A stretch of 64,000 nucleotides of DNA from Candidatus Obscuribacteraceae bacterium (GCA_044229845.1 JBGASG010000004.1:256001-320000); one strand, 5' to 3'; positions 8,637-19,663 are shown, numbered from the stretch's first letter. Made by a program: numbers and translations. Notes: generated by a model not told the origin, from the letters alone.

Positions 8637-10073
8637 TTAGACTCGAGCTTGGGCTTGGTCGCAAGACGCGCCCATCGGCTTTTCGGTGCAGCGTTCGCGA
8701 TATACCTTCTCGATATCGTCGACCATCTCAGCCGTAGTGCGCTCGGGGGGAATATTATCCGACAAGCGCTTCGCCAGGGAAGGGTCATCAAGCAAGCTTT
8801 GCAATTGCACTTTCAGCGACTCGACGTCGTTGAGGGTAAACAGAAGCCCGTTTTCCCCGTGCTTGACGATCTCGGACATGCCGCCCAGATCCGTCACCAG
8901 AAGTGGAGTTCTGGTCGCCAGCGACGATTGGATGACCAGCGGCGTATTCTCGTACCAGCGCGATGGCACGACCAGAATATCCAGATTGGCTAAGACTTCG
9001 CCCAGTTGCTCGTTCGGGAAGGTGCCCAGGAATTCGATTTGCTCCCTGTGCCTGCCCTCCGCCGCCAGTTTCTTTAACAGCGAACCGTATTCAGGAAACT
9101 GATTGGGGTCGCCGTAAATCTTCAAGACAGCCGGCGCATCGGCTGGGAGCTGATGGAAAGCCTTGATTAGCAGGTCGGTGCCTTTGTGCTCAAAAAGAGT
9201 CCCGATAAACCCAATCCGCAACACATTGGACGGCACCTTCTTCTGATAAGGAATTAAGGGCGCCGTATCGATGCCGAAAGGGACATGTTCGATTAAATCG
9301 GCACGGATGCCGTTTTCGACGAATATGTCACGCATGAGTTTCGTCGGCACCATGATCGCGCGGGTCCGGTTGGCCGCGTCGCGCAGCACGCCCGGGCGCT
9401 TCAATGTCGCGTCTTCAGCCTGCGGTCTCTTCTTAGTTTTGTAGGTCTCGAACAAAAACCGCGAAATCGGCTTGGCCGCCGAGAGAGCCGATGCCAGCCC
9501 CGGATAGCGTTTCGCCAGGGCCTCATCGAACTGACTCTGGGGCGGAAACAAGTTTGGTGTATAGCAGGTCAAACAGTTACGGCCGCCGGGTCCTGGACCA
9601 CGGCAGACACTGCCGTCGGGGCGCTTGAGTTGCACAATCGGGCAGACAAACCAGAAGTCGGTGGTCGAACAAACCACCGGTACGCCCCGCTCACAGGCTT
9701 CATCGATGATCGATGAGGAGAGATTTTGCGCATGGAATATATGCAAGATATCCGGTTTGAATCGCTCCATCACTTCCCCGAAGTGCGTTTTCACGCCGGG
9801 GTGAAAATATTCATGATGAAAGGTATATCCACGCAACCGCAAAGGCTCGCCGATTACGTGCACCGGAACGTCCTGAAATACGTAATCTTCCGTTTCATTG
9901 CCGACCGCGTGACGCGCATCGAGATCGGGCGGATTAGCCGTGACTACTAAAACTTCGTAGCCTCGAGCCATCAGTTCGCGAGCTACTTTCAACGTCAAAA
10001 CTTCAGTACCGGCGCGGTGTTCGGGGAAGAACTTGTGCACCGTTAATAAGATACGTTTCATTCCGAATGTCAT
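8637..10073 (-). CDS. GT4 family glycosyltransferase
   Basis: HKFFPEHRAGTE, DFWFVCP, GFIGTLFEHKG and PSRWYENTPLVIQ motifs. Confidence 0.93.
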   Translation of the reverse strand: MTFGMKRILLTVHKFFPEHRAGTEVLTLKVARELMARGYEVLVVTANPPDLDARHAVGNETEDYVFQDVPVHVIGEPLRLRGYTFHHEYFHPGVKTHFGEVMERFKPDILHIFHAQNLSSSIIDEACERGVPVVCSTTDFWFVCPIVQLKRPDGSVCRGPGPGGRNCLTCYTPNLFPPQSQFDEALAKRYPGLASALSAAKPISRFLFETYKTKKRPQAEDATLKRPGVLRDAANRTRAIMVPTKLMRDIFVENGIRADLIEHVPFGIDTAPLIPYQKKVPSNVLRIGFIGTLFEHKGTDLLIKAFHQLPADAPAVLKIYGDPNQFPEYGSLLKKLAAEGRHREQIEFLGTFPNEQLGEVLANLDILVVPSRWYENTPLVIQSSLATRTPLLVTDLGGMSEIVKHGENGLLFTLNDVESLKVQLQSLLDDPSLAKRLSDNIPPERTTAEMVDDIEKVYRERCTEKPMGASCDQAQARV

Positions 10074-10177
10074 GAAGAGACACCAATCATATCAGCCTGA
10101 GAGAGGTTTCAATAAATGATGCACTGACAACCGTAAAATATAGGCTGCACAGGCGTGTTACCCGCCGGGAGAAAGTT

Positions 10178-12901
10178 TTGCAATTGCAGTCGCAACTGAC
10201 GCCGCAGTCTGAACAAGAAGTTCAAGAAGTTCGGATCAGCGTCGAACGCAAACCCGAGCGCACCACCTCCCACCTGACCAATGTGTCGTTGGCAGCCGGA
10301 GTCTTTGTGGTGGCACTGGCACTGCGCCTGGCGTTCAACTTCGCCGGCGACCACTACAATGCCTTCGCCATTGGCGACGCGGCAGAATATTTGCGCAATG
10401 CGCAGGTGCTGTGCACATTCTCACAACATGCCGGCGCCGCTGATTTCGCGCAGCTGAAATGCCTGGGCATGTCCGGTCCGATCTTTCCCGGCTTCCTGGC
10501 TGCCTGCCATCTGATCTGCGGTGCGCCGGTTACAGCGGAGAACTGGGCGATTGCAGTGGTGCCGCAATGCATCGTCTCGGCGCTCACCAGTGTGTTGATC
10601 ATGCTGACTGCGTGGACTGCATACAATCGCAGAACCGCCATCGCTGCAGGCATCTTCGCGGCTTTCTATCCCGCCTTCATCGTCAACAGCGGTCGGCTGT
10701 GCAGCGAAACCTTCGCTGCGTTTTTGCTGGCCGCGATCTCGCTGCTGGTGGTGCGCGGATTTTGCGCTTCCGCTGCAGATAAGGGACCATCACTTTTGTC
10801 GGTGTTCGTCACCGGAGCTCTGACCGCCGCATTGCAGCTGACTCGCTCGGCGCTGATCGTCGTCTCACCACTGGTAGTGGCAGCAGCGTTTTATCAACGC
10901 TCAAGGAAGAAACTTCCGGCGGCCATCGTCGCCATGGTGCTCGGCTTCGCTTCCATACTTATGCCCTGGGCGACGGTGCAAAAGCTCGCTACCGGCGTAG
11001 CCAGCCCCTTTGTAGATCGGGTCGGCAACTACAACTTCTACACCGGCAACAGCACAGACGGGCTGGGATGGCTATCCTTTCCCTATCCCGACAGCCACGG
11101 CATGAACGAGAAATCGCTTTTGCAACTGGGCAAGGAAGCGATTGCTCCAAGTCCCGTCCGCTGGCTGCGGCTGATGCAGGACAAGCCGGCCAGACTCTTC
11201 AAATTTCCGTGGAACGACTTCCGCGTATCAATCGGACCGGTCAACTTTCAAATGCAGGTGTTCGCTCACCAGCTGCTGGTGCTTCTGGCAGCACTGGGCA
11301 TTTGTCTGACTCTCGGCGGCACTGCAACTGCCGGCAGCAGTAGCCACAGGGGTGCGCGCGCACTGTTTTTGGCTCGCCTGTTCCTGCTGACGGTCGTCGC
11401 CCTGCACTTGCCGTACTTCCTCTTTATCACCTTGCCGCGCTACAACCTGACTGCTATGCCGGCGCTTCTGGTCTTCGCGGCGGCCGGCGCTTTGTGCCTC
11501 TACAACCTGGTGACCAACCGGGCAACACGCGCCACTGGCTTGTTCGTGTTAAGCGGCGCATTGTTGTTTTTCTGCGCGCAACAGATCAACTGGTTTGCAA
11601 TCACCGAAAGTGTTTTGCTCGGCAAACACACCAATCTGTCGCTGGCTCTGGTGTCCCTTTTAAAAGCAGGCACCATCCTGGCATTCGTGTTTGCGCTCTG
11701 GAAAGCGGCCCCTTTCCAAGCCGGTCATAAAGTCGCCAGCCGCGCGCTCATAGTCGTCATGGCAATCGGCACCCTTGCCGTCGCCACAATTCCGGTGCGC
11801 GCCAATGGTCGTTGTTTCGAATGGACCTGCCCCTTAACGGCCGGATCGACAGTCACGCAGACAATCGTCCTCGACCCGGCAGTGCGACAAACTCTGCCCG
11901 GTCGGCAGGCATTCATCGCAGTCGATACCAATGGCGCTTCCGACCTGTCCAATCTATCCGTGAGCGTCAACGGCAAACCGCTGGACGTGGCCGGCATACC
12001 CGTCATGTCGTTGCATCAGTATTGCGGCAGCTGGGTCAATTCATCGCCGCAGATAATTTTGCGAGAGTGCGAATGGATCTTCGATTGCCTGGCCAAACCA
12101 GCCTCCACCAGCAACCGCGAACTAAGACAATGGTTCTTGCTGCCGGTGCCGCTGGATACGATGCGTGCCGGCTTGCAATCCGGAAAACTGGATGTAGTCA
12201 TTACGGCCAAAGGCCCCGCCACCTTATATGGTGCGTATGCGTCGCGCAAGACACACGCGCACTTGCCTGACTTTACCTATTACTCGTGGGAGAAAGCGTT
12301 CTACGGAGTCGAGAGCGACCGTGGATTGGGCGATGCGCGTTACGACACCCAGGTCGAAACCAGGGCAGTCGCGCCACGTTACACTGACCTCTCAGGCGAA
12401 CCCGGCGCTCAGACAGGCGCATACAACGTCAGACTTTTCGTGGGCTCCAATCTAGAGCTGACACACAATAAGATAGTACCGACCGAAGCCGATCAATCAT
12501 TTGCAGTACAGTCCCAACAGAACCAAGCAGCTGTCGCCATCGCCGAGCCTTTGACGCTGTCCTTCAAGGACTTCCCGAAAGGGAACGGACACGAAGTCTG
12601 GGTACTGCGGGTCTCAGGTGTGGCGATCGGCAAGCAACCGACACACATGAATGTTGCCGTCAGTGCCAACATGCCTGCTACACGCTACGACTCGCCATGG
12701 GGCGGGCGCGGCATCGAAGTCACCACCACACCAGAACCTTTTGATATTGCGGTGCCGCTCAATTCGGCGCCGCTGCCCGCCAATTTGCAGTCAATAGAGT
12801 CGGTGATTAGCGCCGACCAGCCCATCGAAATCAGGAATCTCAGAGCACAGTTAGTCAAGCTGCCCTGCAACCCCCTCTGGGGCGGGCACCACATATGGTG
12901 A
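10178..12901 (+). CDS. Large GT-C fold (ArnT/PMT, GT39/83-like) membrane glycosyltransferase with a C-terminal extracytoplasmic domain
   Basis: ALALRL...GDAAEY, P.FPGFLA, AAFYPAFI..SGRL.SET and PRY motifs; about 13 TM helices. Start codon uncertain. Confidence 0.8.
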   Translation: MQLQSQLTPQSEQEVQEVRISVERKPERTTSHLTNVSLAAGVFVVALALRLAFNFAGDHYNAFAIGDAAEYLRNAQVLCTFSQHAGAADFAQLKCLGMSGPIFPGFLAACHLICGAPVTAENWAIAVVPQCIVSALTSVLIMLTAWTAYNRRTAIAAGIFAAFYPAFIVNSGRLCSETFAAFLLAAISLLVVRGFCASAADKGPSLLSVFVTGALTAALQLTRSALIVVSPLVVAAAFYQRSRKKLPAAIVAMVLGFASILMPWATVQKLATGVASPFVDRVGNYNFYTGNSTDGLGWLSFPYPDSHGMNEKSLLQLGKEAIAPSPVRWLRLMQDKPARLFKFPWNDFRVSIGPVNFQMQVFAHQLLVLLAALGICLTLGGTATAGSSSHRGARALFLARLFLLTVVALHLPYFLFITLPRYNLTAMPALLVFAAAGALCLYNLVTNRATRATGLFVLSGALLFFCAQQINWFAITESVLLGKHTNLSLALVSLLKAGTILAFVFALWKAAPFQAGHKVASRALIVVMAIGTLAVATIPVRANGRCFEWTCPLTAGSTVTQTIVLDPAVRQTLPGRQAFIAVDTNGASDLSNLSVSVNGKPLDVAGIPVMSLHQYCGSWVNSSPQIILRECEWIFDCLAKPASTSNRELRQWFLLPVPLDTMRAGLQSGKLDVVITAKGPATLYGAYASRKTHAHLPDFTYYSWEKAFYGVESDRGLGDARYDTQVETRAVAPRYTDLSGEPGAQTGAYNVRLFVGSNLELTHNKIVPTEADQSFAVQSQQNQAAVAIAEPLTLSFKDFPKGNGHEVWVLRVSGVAIGKQPTHMNVAVSANMPATRYDSPWGGRGIEVTTTPEPFDIAVPLNSAPLPANLQSIESVISADQPIEIRNLRAQLVKLPCNPLWGGHHIW

Positions 12902-12904
12902 AGA

Positions 12905-15742
12905 ATGATAAGTCAAACCGTCAGCGCTAAAATCGACCGCAAATGGGGACAAGGTGAGGCTCAGAAGCCCTTCCCAGTGCTGGAGATACTCGCCCTGGGG
13001 GTTGTCTTCCTGATTGCGCTGGGGCTGCGGGTGTGGTTCGTGTTTCTGGAACCGCACATCAACATTGCTTCGGTATCTGATGCGTCGGAGTTTCTCCGCA
13101 ACGCACAGGCTATGCTCGACCTGCCGAAGCTGCCGACCGAGTTCGGCTGGCAGTGCTGGCAAGCATTGACCAGCGGCACAACGTCGCCGGAGTCGCTCGC
13201 CCAGATCAAGCAGACACTGTCTCCGTTAAAAGGACTGTACATCAGCGGTCCTATCATTCCGCTCTTCTTCGCATTCACATACGCCGTCTCGCTGACGCCG
13301 TTCAGCTTCGCCAACTGCACGCCTCCACTGGTCGGCAATGTCATCCTGTCCGCGCTTACCTGCGTCTTCTTCGCTCTGACAGCCACTTACGCCTTCGACA
13401 AGAAAACGGGTTTCTTAGCCGGCATCGGCTGCGCGCTCTATCCCGCCTTCATCATCAATAGTTCTCGCTTGTACTGCGAGACGCTGGCAGCGTTTCTTCT
13501 CAGCGTCGTCTGCTTCCTCACCGTGCGCGGTTTCGCCAAAGAACTGTCGATTAAGGACACGGTCTTCTCGGCTTTCGTGAACGGCATATTCGCTGCGTCC
13601 CTGCAATTCACCCGTTCGATAACTGTATTTATCTCGCTGGCGTTGTTGCCGGTTGTGTTTACGCAGCAGGGCTGGCGCAAGGGTCTTCTGGCATTGCCGG
13701 CGTTTCTTTTTGGATTTGCATTGGTTGCCTTGCCCTGGTTGGGCTTGCAGCAACTGACGTTCGGCTCAGCCGGACTGGTCGTCGACCGGGTCGGCAACTA
13801 CAACTTCTTCATGGGCAACCATGTAGACGGTGCCGGTTTCGTGACCTTCCCTTATGAAGACGGCACCGACATCGAAAAACGTCCGATGGCACAACTGGCG
13901 AAAGAAGCCATTTCGCGCAGCCCGTCGCGCTGGGCGCATCTGATGGTGCAGGACAAGCCGCTCCGGCTCTTCAAAATGCCGTGGAACGACTTCCGCATGC
14001 CACTCGGTCCCGTTTCTTTTTACTGGCAGACCATAATTCATCAGGCACTGCTACTGCTCGCCGCCGTCGGTGCTGCGCTCTGCTTCACGGTCGACTTCAC
14101 TAACCCTGACCGCAGCCGCCAGCCTCAATTGCGCCGCGTCAATCCGGTGACGCCCGCGAAAGTGTTTTTGCTTTCAATCTTTGTACTGCATTGCGCCTAC
14201 ATGCTCTTCATCACGGTGCCTCGCTACAACCTGACAGTCATGCCGATCGTGATCGTGTTCGCGGCCGCCGGCATCAGCTCGCTGGTGGCACTGTGCCGCG
14301 AGCGTGGCGGTTTCACAACCATCACGGGTTTAGGCATGAGCAGCCTGTTTCTCTTCGCCATCGCCAATATTCCGCTCGCCGCCTTCGTGCAAGTGGTCGG
14401 TGCAAAACAGGCAGCGATCGCGCTCACAGTGCAATGCACGCTCAAGTTTCTCGCTTTCACCAGTCTGGCATTCTGCCTCTGGCAAGCACTGATGATATTC
14501 GCCGGTGCCGCCAAACGCGGCTCCACTGCCGCCCCTCAGGGCGGGGCGATTTTAGGACGCGCAGCAGTGGCGATGCTCTTCGTGGCAGCGGTTTTGACGA
14601 TGGTGATTCCAGCGCGCGGCAATGGTCGCTGGGACGAATGGCAGGCGCCGGTCACCGCCGATCGTGCCAATTTAGAGCAGCAGCTCGTCCTGCCTAAGCG
14701 CGTCGTCAACGACCTCGCCCACGGCCGCCGTTCTGCCTATTTGTTGATCGACACCACCGATGCCGACGCGGCGCAGTCGCTGCGCGTGGCAGTCAACGGA
14801 CAGACTGTGCAGGCACCAGTGATCGCCGGCAACGCATTCGTGGACCAGAATGACTTCACCATGTTCGCCAAGCTTCCGGAAGGCGGTTTCATGCGCGAAG
14901 GCGAATGGGTCTTCCGATGCCTGACGGAACCGGCAGGCATCAGCAACGCCGACTTGCGTCAGTGGTTCATGGTGCCCTTGCCGGCAGAGTTAATCAGCGG
15001 CAAGCCGGAGGTCAAAGTTTCGCTCGCCAACAATCGCCCGGAAGACGCCGTACCGGTCGTCTTCGGCAGCTACAGCACGCGACGGGGCAAGTCCATCATT
15101 CCCGGACTGACACCATACTCTTGGGAGAAGACTTTCTTCGGCGTCGAAAACGACCGCGGATTCTGTGACACCAGATATGATACCAAGCTGGCCGAAGATT
15201 TGAGCGTTCCTCAATATAAGGATATGAGCCCGGCGCTCGGACTGCAGAGCGGACGCTACAACGTGCGCCTGTTGATGGACACGCCGGACGACGGGTCTAA
15301 GACAACTCTGGCACCGACTCCGGTGTGCACGGTGGACGTCGGCGAGGTGCGTTTGAGCAAAGCGCTGGCGCCGTTCAAAGTGTCGAGCGGCGAGTTGCCG
15401 GCTATCGGTGCCAATGACTGGTGGCTGGTGCGCGTACGCGGCAGCGTGCGCAGGCTGGGCGGCGAAGGCAAGGTAAATCTGGATGTGCGCGCCGCATCTG
15501 CCGACAACTTCTACCGCTCGCCATGGGCTGGTACGCTCTCTGCCGGCGAAAACTGGCGGACGTTCGACACAGCAGTACCTTTGATGCCGGGCAAGTTGCG
15601 CGACATCATGCCCAATGCAATCACGTGCCAGTTCAGTGCCACCGACAAAGATCGGGCGGCAGACACCGAATTCAAAAATGTCCAGTTCGAAATTCTGCAT
15701 ATCCCGGGCAATCCGTTAGCTCGCGGATATGAAGTCTTCTAA
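12905..15742 (+). CDS. Large GT-C fold membrane glycosyltransferase, tandem paralog of 10178..12901
   Basis: Same architecture, with shared DRVGNYNF, PWNDFR, LRQWF, YSWEK.F.GVE.DRG..D.RYD and G.YNVRL motifs. Confidence 0.8.
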   Translation: MISQTVSAKIDRKWGQGEAQKPFPVLEILALGVVFLIALGLRVWFVFLEPHINIASVSDASEFLRNAQAMLDLPKLPTEFGWQCWQALTSGTTSPESLAQIKQTLSPLKGLYISGPIIPLFFAFTYAVSLTPFSFANCTPPLVGNVILSALTCVFFALTATYAFDKKTGFLAGIGCALYPAFIINSSRLYCETLAAFLLSVVCFLTVRGFAKELSIKDTVFSAFVNGIFAASLQFTRSITVFISLALLPVVFTQQGWRKGLLALPAFLFGFALVALPWLGLQQLTFGSAGLVVDRVGNYNFFMGNHVDGAGFVTFPYEDGTDIEKRPMAQLAKEAISRSPSRWAHLMVQDKPLRLFKMPWNDFRMPLGPVSFYWQTIIHQALLLLAAVGAALCFTVDFTNPDRSRQPQLRRVNPVTPAKVFLLSIFVLHCAYMLFITVPRYNLTVMPIVIVFAAAGISSLVALCRERGGFTTITGLGMSSLFLFAIANIPLAAFVQVVGAKQAAIALTVQCTLKFLAFTSLAFCLWQALMIFAGAAKRGSTAAPQGGAILGRAAVAMLFVAAVLTMVIPARGNGRWDEWQAPVTADRANLEQQLVLPKRVVNDLAHGRRSAYLLIDTTDADAAQSLRVAVNGQTVQAPVIAGNAFVDQNDFTMFAKLPEGGFMREGEWVFRCLTEPAGISNADLRQWFMVPLPAELISGKPEVKVSLANNRPEDAVPVVFGSYSTRRGKSIIPGLTPYSWEKTFFGVENDRGFCDTRYDTKLAEDLSVPQYKDMSPALGLQSGRYNVRLLMDTPDDGSKTTLAPTPVCTVDVGEVRLSKALAPFKVSSGELPAIGANDWWLVRVRGSVRRLGGEGKVNLDVRAASADNFYRSPWAGTLSAGENWRTFDTAVPLMPGKLRDIMPNAITCQFSATDKDRAADTEFKNVQFEILHIPGNPLARGYEVF

Positions 15743-18257
15743 GGAGAAACTTTTGGTCGCCGTCCCTCAAAGCAGCAACGCCAGCACGACGCCGGATGAC
15801 AGCGCCGTCATCAGTGGCCATCCTGCCGTTGAAACCAAGCCGGTCCGCTGGCAACTGGTGACGGCGGTGCTCTGTTTTGTGCTGGTGGCAATGGTTGCCT
15901 TTTGCTATCGCAACACGCTCAATAGTTATTTCCTGGCCGATGACTTCGGCGAAGTCTTCTACATGAGTCGCATCTGGAACGGCGAGTGGAATCTCTACTT
16001 GTCAGACTGGATGTCCAACACCATGAACAATCCGGGCATGGCTGTGTACCGTCCCTGGTTCATCACCACGCTGGTGATTGATTATTTCTTCTTCCACGGC
16101 AACGCCGCCGGCTACTACGCAAGCAACATAGCCTACTTCGCCGCCGATGTGGTTTTGTTCTTCTTTGTCGTGCGGCAGTTGACGAGCACCTGGACGCCTG
16201 CGCGTTCGCTGGCATGCAGTTTTACCGCCGCAGCGTTGTTCGGCCTCAGTCCGCTGCATTGCGAGAGCATCTCGTGGGTGGGCGGGCGCACCGACACCGT
16301 TTGCGCAACCTTTTTCCTGGCTGGTTTGCTGTGCTTCTTGCTGGCACGAGCGCGCAATTCGTGGCTTCTGACTGCGGGCGCCGTTCTGGCATACACGCTG
16401 GGAATACTGACCAAAGAGATGGCTATCGGATTACCGGTGGTCGCCGCCGGCATCGCATTTATCTATCCCAAGAACGCGCCGCACCCAGAAACGCCGTTGC
16501 TGAGCAGCGTCTGGCAACGAGCTGCCGGCGCACTCAAAGAAACCAGCGGTCTCTGGATCGCCACCACGATCTATTTTGTTGCTCGCTACCTGGCGCTCGG
16601 CACCATGCTCGGTGGCTACACCGCCGGATTGGGAGCAGCACAATCGATGGGCGCGCTGAGCGCCTGGATGGATCTGGACAGCTATCGCCGTTTCATCCTG
16701 CCGTTCGGCATCGATATCGTCTCCCCCACGGGCTCGCTGGCATACATGCTGATCGCCGCTTATGCGGTCGCGACATTCTTATTGATATTGCGGCTGGGGC
16801 GCGGCGAGATTTCCGGTAAGAACCTGCTGCTCCTTGGCGTCTGGATTATCGCCAGCATCCTGCCGATCTACAAATTGTGGGGCATCGGTCCCAATCTCGA
16901 AGGTGCACGTTACTGTTTCTTCCTGACCATTCCGTGCAGTTTAGTCTTGCCCTTTTTACTCTTCTCGCCGCCCAAGTCTGCCGAGACGGAGAAATCCAAA
17001 TTCACAATCATGACCACGATTGTCGCGGTGCTGGCATTGGGGCTGATGCTTTTCGTGAATGCACGAGCGTTGATGCGAACCAACCGCGAGTGGGTGGCAG
17101 CCGGGCAACAAGTGCACGCCATTACCAATGGTGTCGTGCGGTTGGTTGAGAAACTGCCGCAGGGCAAAGAACGCGCGTTGATTTTCAGCGTGCCCAAAAC
17201 GCATATGGGTGCCCACATGATCTACAACGGTCCGACTCTGATGACGGCACTAAAACCGCCTTTCAGACAACAGGACTACGAAAGCAAAGTCGAATCTGCC
17301 GATCATCTGTTCTTCGGACTGGATCGGTTCATCAACGCGACCCGATTTAAACAACGGCTTGCCTCAGGTCGCGTCGATGGACCCTATGCCTGGGATTTGC
17401 GCAAACACAACTTCATCAAGATGAGCTATGGTGCCGTTTCTTCAACAGATGGCACGCGCGTGCTGCCTTTGAACGTCGCGACCACATCGGTGCAGGTGTA
17501 CACCAATGGCGGTGCCGAAGTGGCAGCCTCACCGGACGGGCAAACAGTGCACCTGAGCAAAGTCCGTCCCAACGAGGGACTTCGCTTTGGCGGTCTCAAT
17601 CTGAATCCGCTCGATGTTGATTTTGTCGAAATCCAGTACCGCTTTCCTAAAGAATCCCCGACTGGTGCCACTGCCTTCGAAGCGCGCTGGCAGGGCAGTG
17701 AGAAAGCCGCCAGCCTTCCTGAAGATCTGCGAGCCACCAGGGAAATCGACGCCGCTACGTCACCGGTACCGGGCGATTGGCAGACGGTGCGCATTCCACT
17801 TTCTCACTATTGGCGCTGGTATGGTTGCGGCAGAATTGATTCCGTATCGGTCTTTCCGCCGTCGGGATATGACGTGGAGATTCGCAAAATTGCTCTTCTC
17901 TCGGATAGCAGGGTGAGACCGCGCGTCAGTGTCGTCGGAGCAAAAGTCGATGGCTCGGGCGTTCACTACGTCAACAAAGACTGCACCATCACCTTCGATG
18001 CCAGCAAGATTCCAGGCGCCGCCGCACTGCGCATCGAGAACACGAAACAAGACTTCTTCTTCGACCAGGGAGCGAGCGCTAAGACCGGTTTGCACAGCAC
18101 TCAGAACACGCCGTCCGTGCAGGTAACGCTGCCATTCTCCTCTACCCTGTCTCCACGCAACTGTTTCTCCGAGATTCGCGCGCAAGCGCTGGACAGCCAG
18201 GGTCGCCCGATCGGTGAGCCCTCCGACGCCCAGGTCATCTTCGCCCAGGTCCAATAG
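15729..18257 (+). CDS. GT-C fold membrane protein (TMTC/PMT-like) with a large C-terminal soluble domain
   Basis: YFLADDF, YRP, PLHCESISWVGGRTD and TKEMA motifs typical of TMTC-like glycosyltransferases. Overlaps the upstream stop. Confidence 0.75.
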   Translation: MKSSKEKLLVAVPQSSNASTTPDDSAVISGHPAVETKPVRWQLVTAVLCFVLVAMVAFCYRNTLNSYFLADDFGEVFYMSRIWNGEWNLYLSDWMSNTMNNPGMAVYRPWFITTLVIDYFFFHGNAAGYYASNIAYFAADVVLFFFVVRQLTSTWTPARSLACSFTAAALFGLSPLHCESISWVGGRTDTVCATFFLAGLLCFLLARARNSWLLTAGAVLAYTLGILTKEMAIGLPVVAAGIAFIYPKNAPHPETPLLSSVWQRAAGALKETSGLWIATTIYFVARYLALGTMLGGYTAGLGAAQSMGALSAWMDLDSYRRFILPFGIDIVSPTGSLAYMLIAAYAVATFLLILRLGRGEISGKNLLLLGVWIIASILPIYKLWGIGPNLEGARYCFFLTIPCSLVLPFLLFSPPKSAETEKSKFTIMTTIVAVLALGLMLFVNARALMRTNREWVAAGQQVHAITNGVVRLVEKLPQGKERALIFSVPKTHMGAHMIYNGPTLMTALKPPFRQQDYESKVESADHLFFGLDRFINATRFKQRLASGRVDGPYAWDLRKHNFIKMSYGAVSSTDGTRVLPLNVATTSVQVYTNGGAEVAASPDGQTVHLSKVRPNEGLRFGGLNLNPLDVDFVEIQYRFPKESPTGATAFEARWQGSEKAASLPEDLRATREIDAATSPVPGDWQTVRIPLSHYWRWYGCGRIDSVSVFPPSGYDVEIRKIALLSDSRVRPRVSVVGAKVDGSGVHYVNKDCTITFDASKIPGAAALRIENTKQDFFFDQGASAKTGLHSTQNTPSVQVTLPFSSTLSPRNCFSEIRAQALDSQGRPIGEPSDAQVIFAQVQ

Positions 18258-18329
18258 CCACTCAGCTAGTGCGGGGAGTCAGAGCCGCAATCGGCGATAA
18301 TCCAGACCTGTAGAGTGAGACGGTTTGCC

Positions 18330-18357
18330 TTGCGGCGCGCGCAGAGCGGCTTATAAT
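18330..18357 (+). promoter_or_regulatory. Putative sigma70 promoter for the GT2 gene
   Basis: TTGCGG-N16-TATAAT, about 60 bp upstream of 18415. Confidence 0.4.
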
Positions 18358-18414
18358 ATGGCTTGCGCGGTCGGTCAGGGCTGCCGCTGTCAAGGCTGTA
18401 TGAGGAAGTGACTG

Positions 18415-19578
18415 GTGCAAGACGAACACACCAACGCCCAGCAACCCGAGATTTCGATCTGTTTGCCCGTTTACAACGGCGCCAAGTATCTGCGGCAGGC
18501 GATTGAAAGCGCACTGAGCCAGACTTACGCTGACTTCGAATTACTGATTTCAGATGACGGATCCAGCGACGATAGCGTTTCGATAGCACAAGAATATGCC
18601 GACAAAGACAAGCGCGTGATCGCCTGGCGCAACGAACAGAATCTTGGTTTGTTCGAGAACTACAACCTCTGCATGGAGAGGGCACGCGGCAAATTTATCA
18701 AGCTGTTCGCGCAAGACGATGTTTTCGCGCCCAAGCTGCTCGAAAAGATGCGCGATGCACTGCTTGAAGAAGAAGGCGTCAGCCTGGTGGTTTCAGGCAG
18801 AAAATGGATCGATGCCGAAGGCAAAGAGTACGAACCCAAGCATGAGTGTCTGCGCAGAATCTGGAAACCGTTTCCTTGCGTCACTCGCTTGCCGGGCAAG
18901 GATGTCATTGCAGAAACTCTGCGCACGCTCACTAACTGGATTGGCGAGCCGAGCACCGTCATGTTCCGCAAAGAACATCAGGGCGAGGGATTCGACTGTA
19001 ACTTCCGGCAGATTGGTGATCTGGAGTTGTGGTATCGCATTCTTCAACAGGGTGATTATTTCTATCTGTCAGAGCAGCTGTGCCATTTCAGACAGCACCC
19101 GGAGAGCACGACCAACAAGAACAAGAAGACGCTGATTGCGTGGTGCGATGCGTTTTTGATCGGCGAGAAACACAAAGCGTACTTCGAAACCATCGGAGAG
19201 TCCGAAGAGACTTATGCGGACAAGGTGACACAATTCCTGGGGACGTGGCTGGAATTCGATGTGCGCGATCAAGATGACTTGCTGTGGAGATTTCTGGGAG
19301 TGCCCGAAGAAGAGCGCGGCAAGCACGCGTCAGTATTGGCTTACATGGCCAACCTGCATCGCGACCGCGGTTCGGTGAATCAGACCAACCTGGCACTGGC
19401 AGTTTTGGCGCTGCGCGAAATCGGAAAACTGGTGGCGGCACGAGATGAAAACATCGCGCTGAAAAATGAAGTTGAAGAATTACGAGACGAATTAACCTTG
19501 ATGGGCGAGAGCACGTCATGGCGTATAACCGCGCCCCTGCGCGAGGTCTCGAAGATCCTCACCTCTCAGCGCACCTAA
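18415..19578 (+). CDS. GT2 family glycosyltransferase with a C-terminal coiled coil and an STSWRITAPLR motif
   Basis: LPVYNG, ISDDGSSD, FAQDD and NWIGEPSTVMFR motifs. Confidence 0.93.
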   Translation: MQDEHTNAQQPEISICLPVYNGAKYLRQAIESALSQTYADFELLISDDGSSDDSVSIAQEYADKDKRVIAWRNEQNLGLFENYNLCMERARGKFIKLFAQDDVFAPKLLEKMRDALLEEEGVSLVVSGRKWIDAEGKEYEPKHECLRRIWKPFPCVTRLPGKDVIAETLRTLTNWIGEPSTVMFRKEHQGEGFDCNFRQIGDLELWYRILQQGDYFYLSEQLCHFRQHPESTTNKNKKTLIAWCDAFLIGEKHKAYFETIGESEETYADKVTQFLGTWLEFDVRDQDDLLWRFLGVPEEERGKHASVLAYMANLHRDRGSVNQTNLALAVLALREIGKLVAARDENIALKNEVEELRDELTLMGESTSWRITAPLREVSKILTSQRT

Positions 19579-19604
19579 TTTACAACAGAGCAATTTCCTA
19601 AACA

Positions 19605-19636
19605 TTGACTGCCGATTTATTTTGTTGGCATATAAT
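19605..19636 (+). promoter_or_regulatory. Putative long-spacer (MerR-type) sigma70 promoter
   Basis: TTGACT-N20-TATAAT with an imperfect dyad TGCCGA...TTGGCA spanning the spacer. Confidence 0.45.
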
Positions 19637-19663
19637 GAATTGCATAGGGGGAATTGCCGGCAA

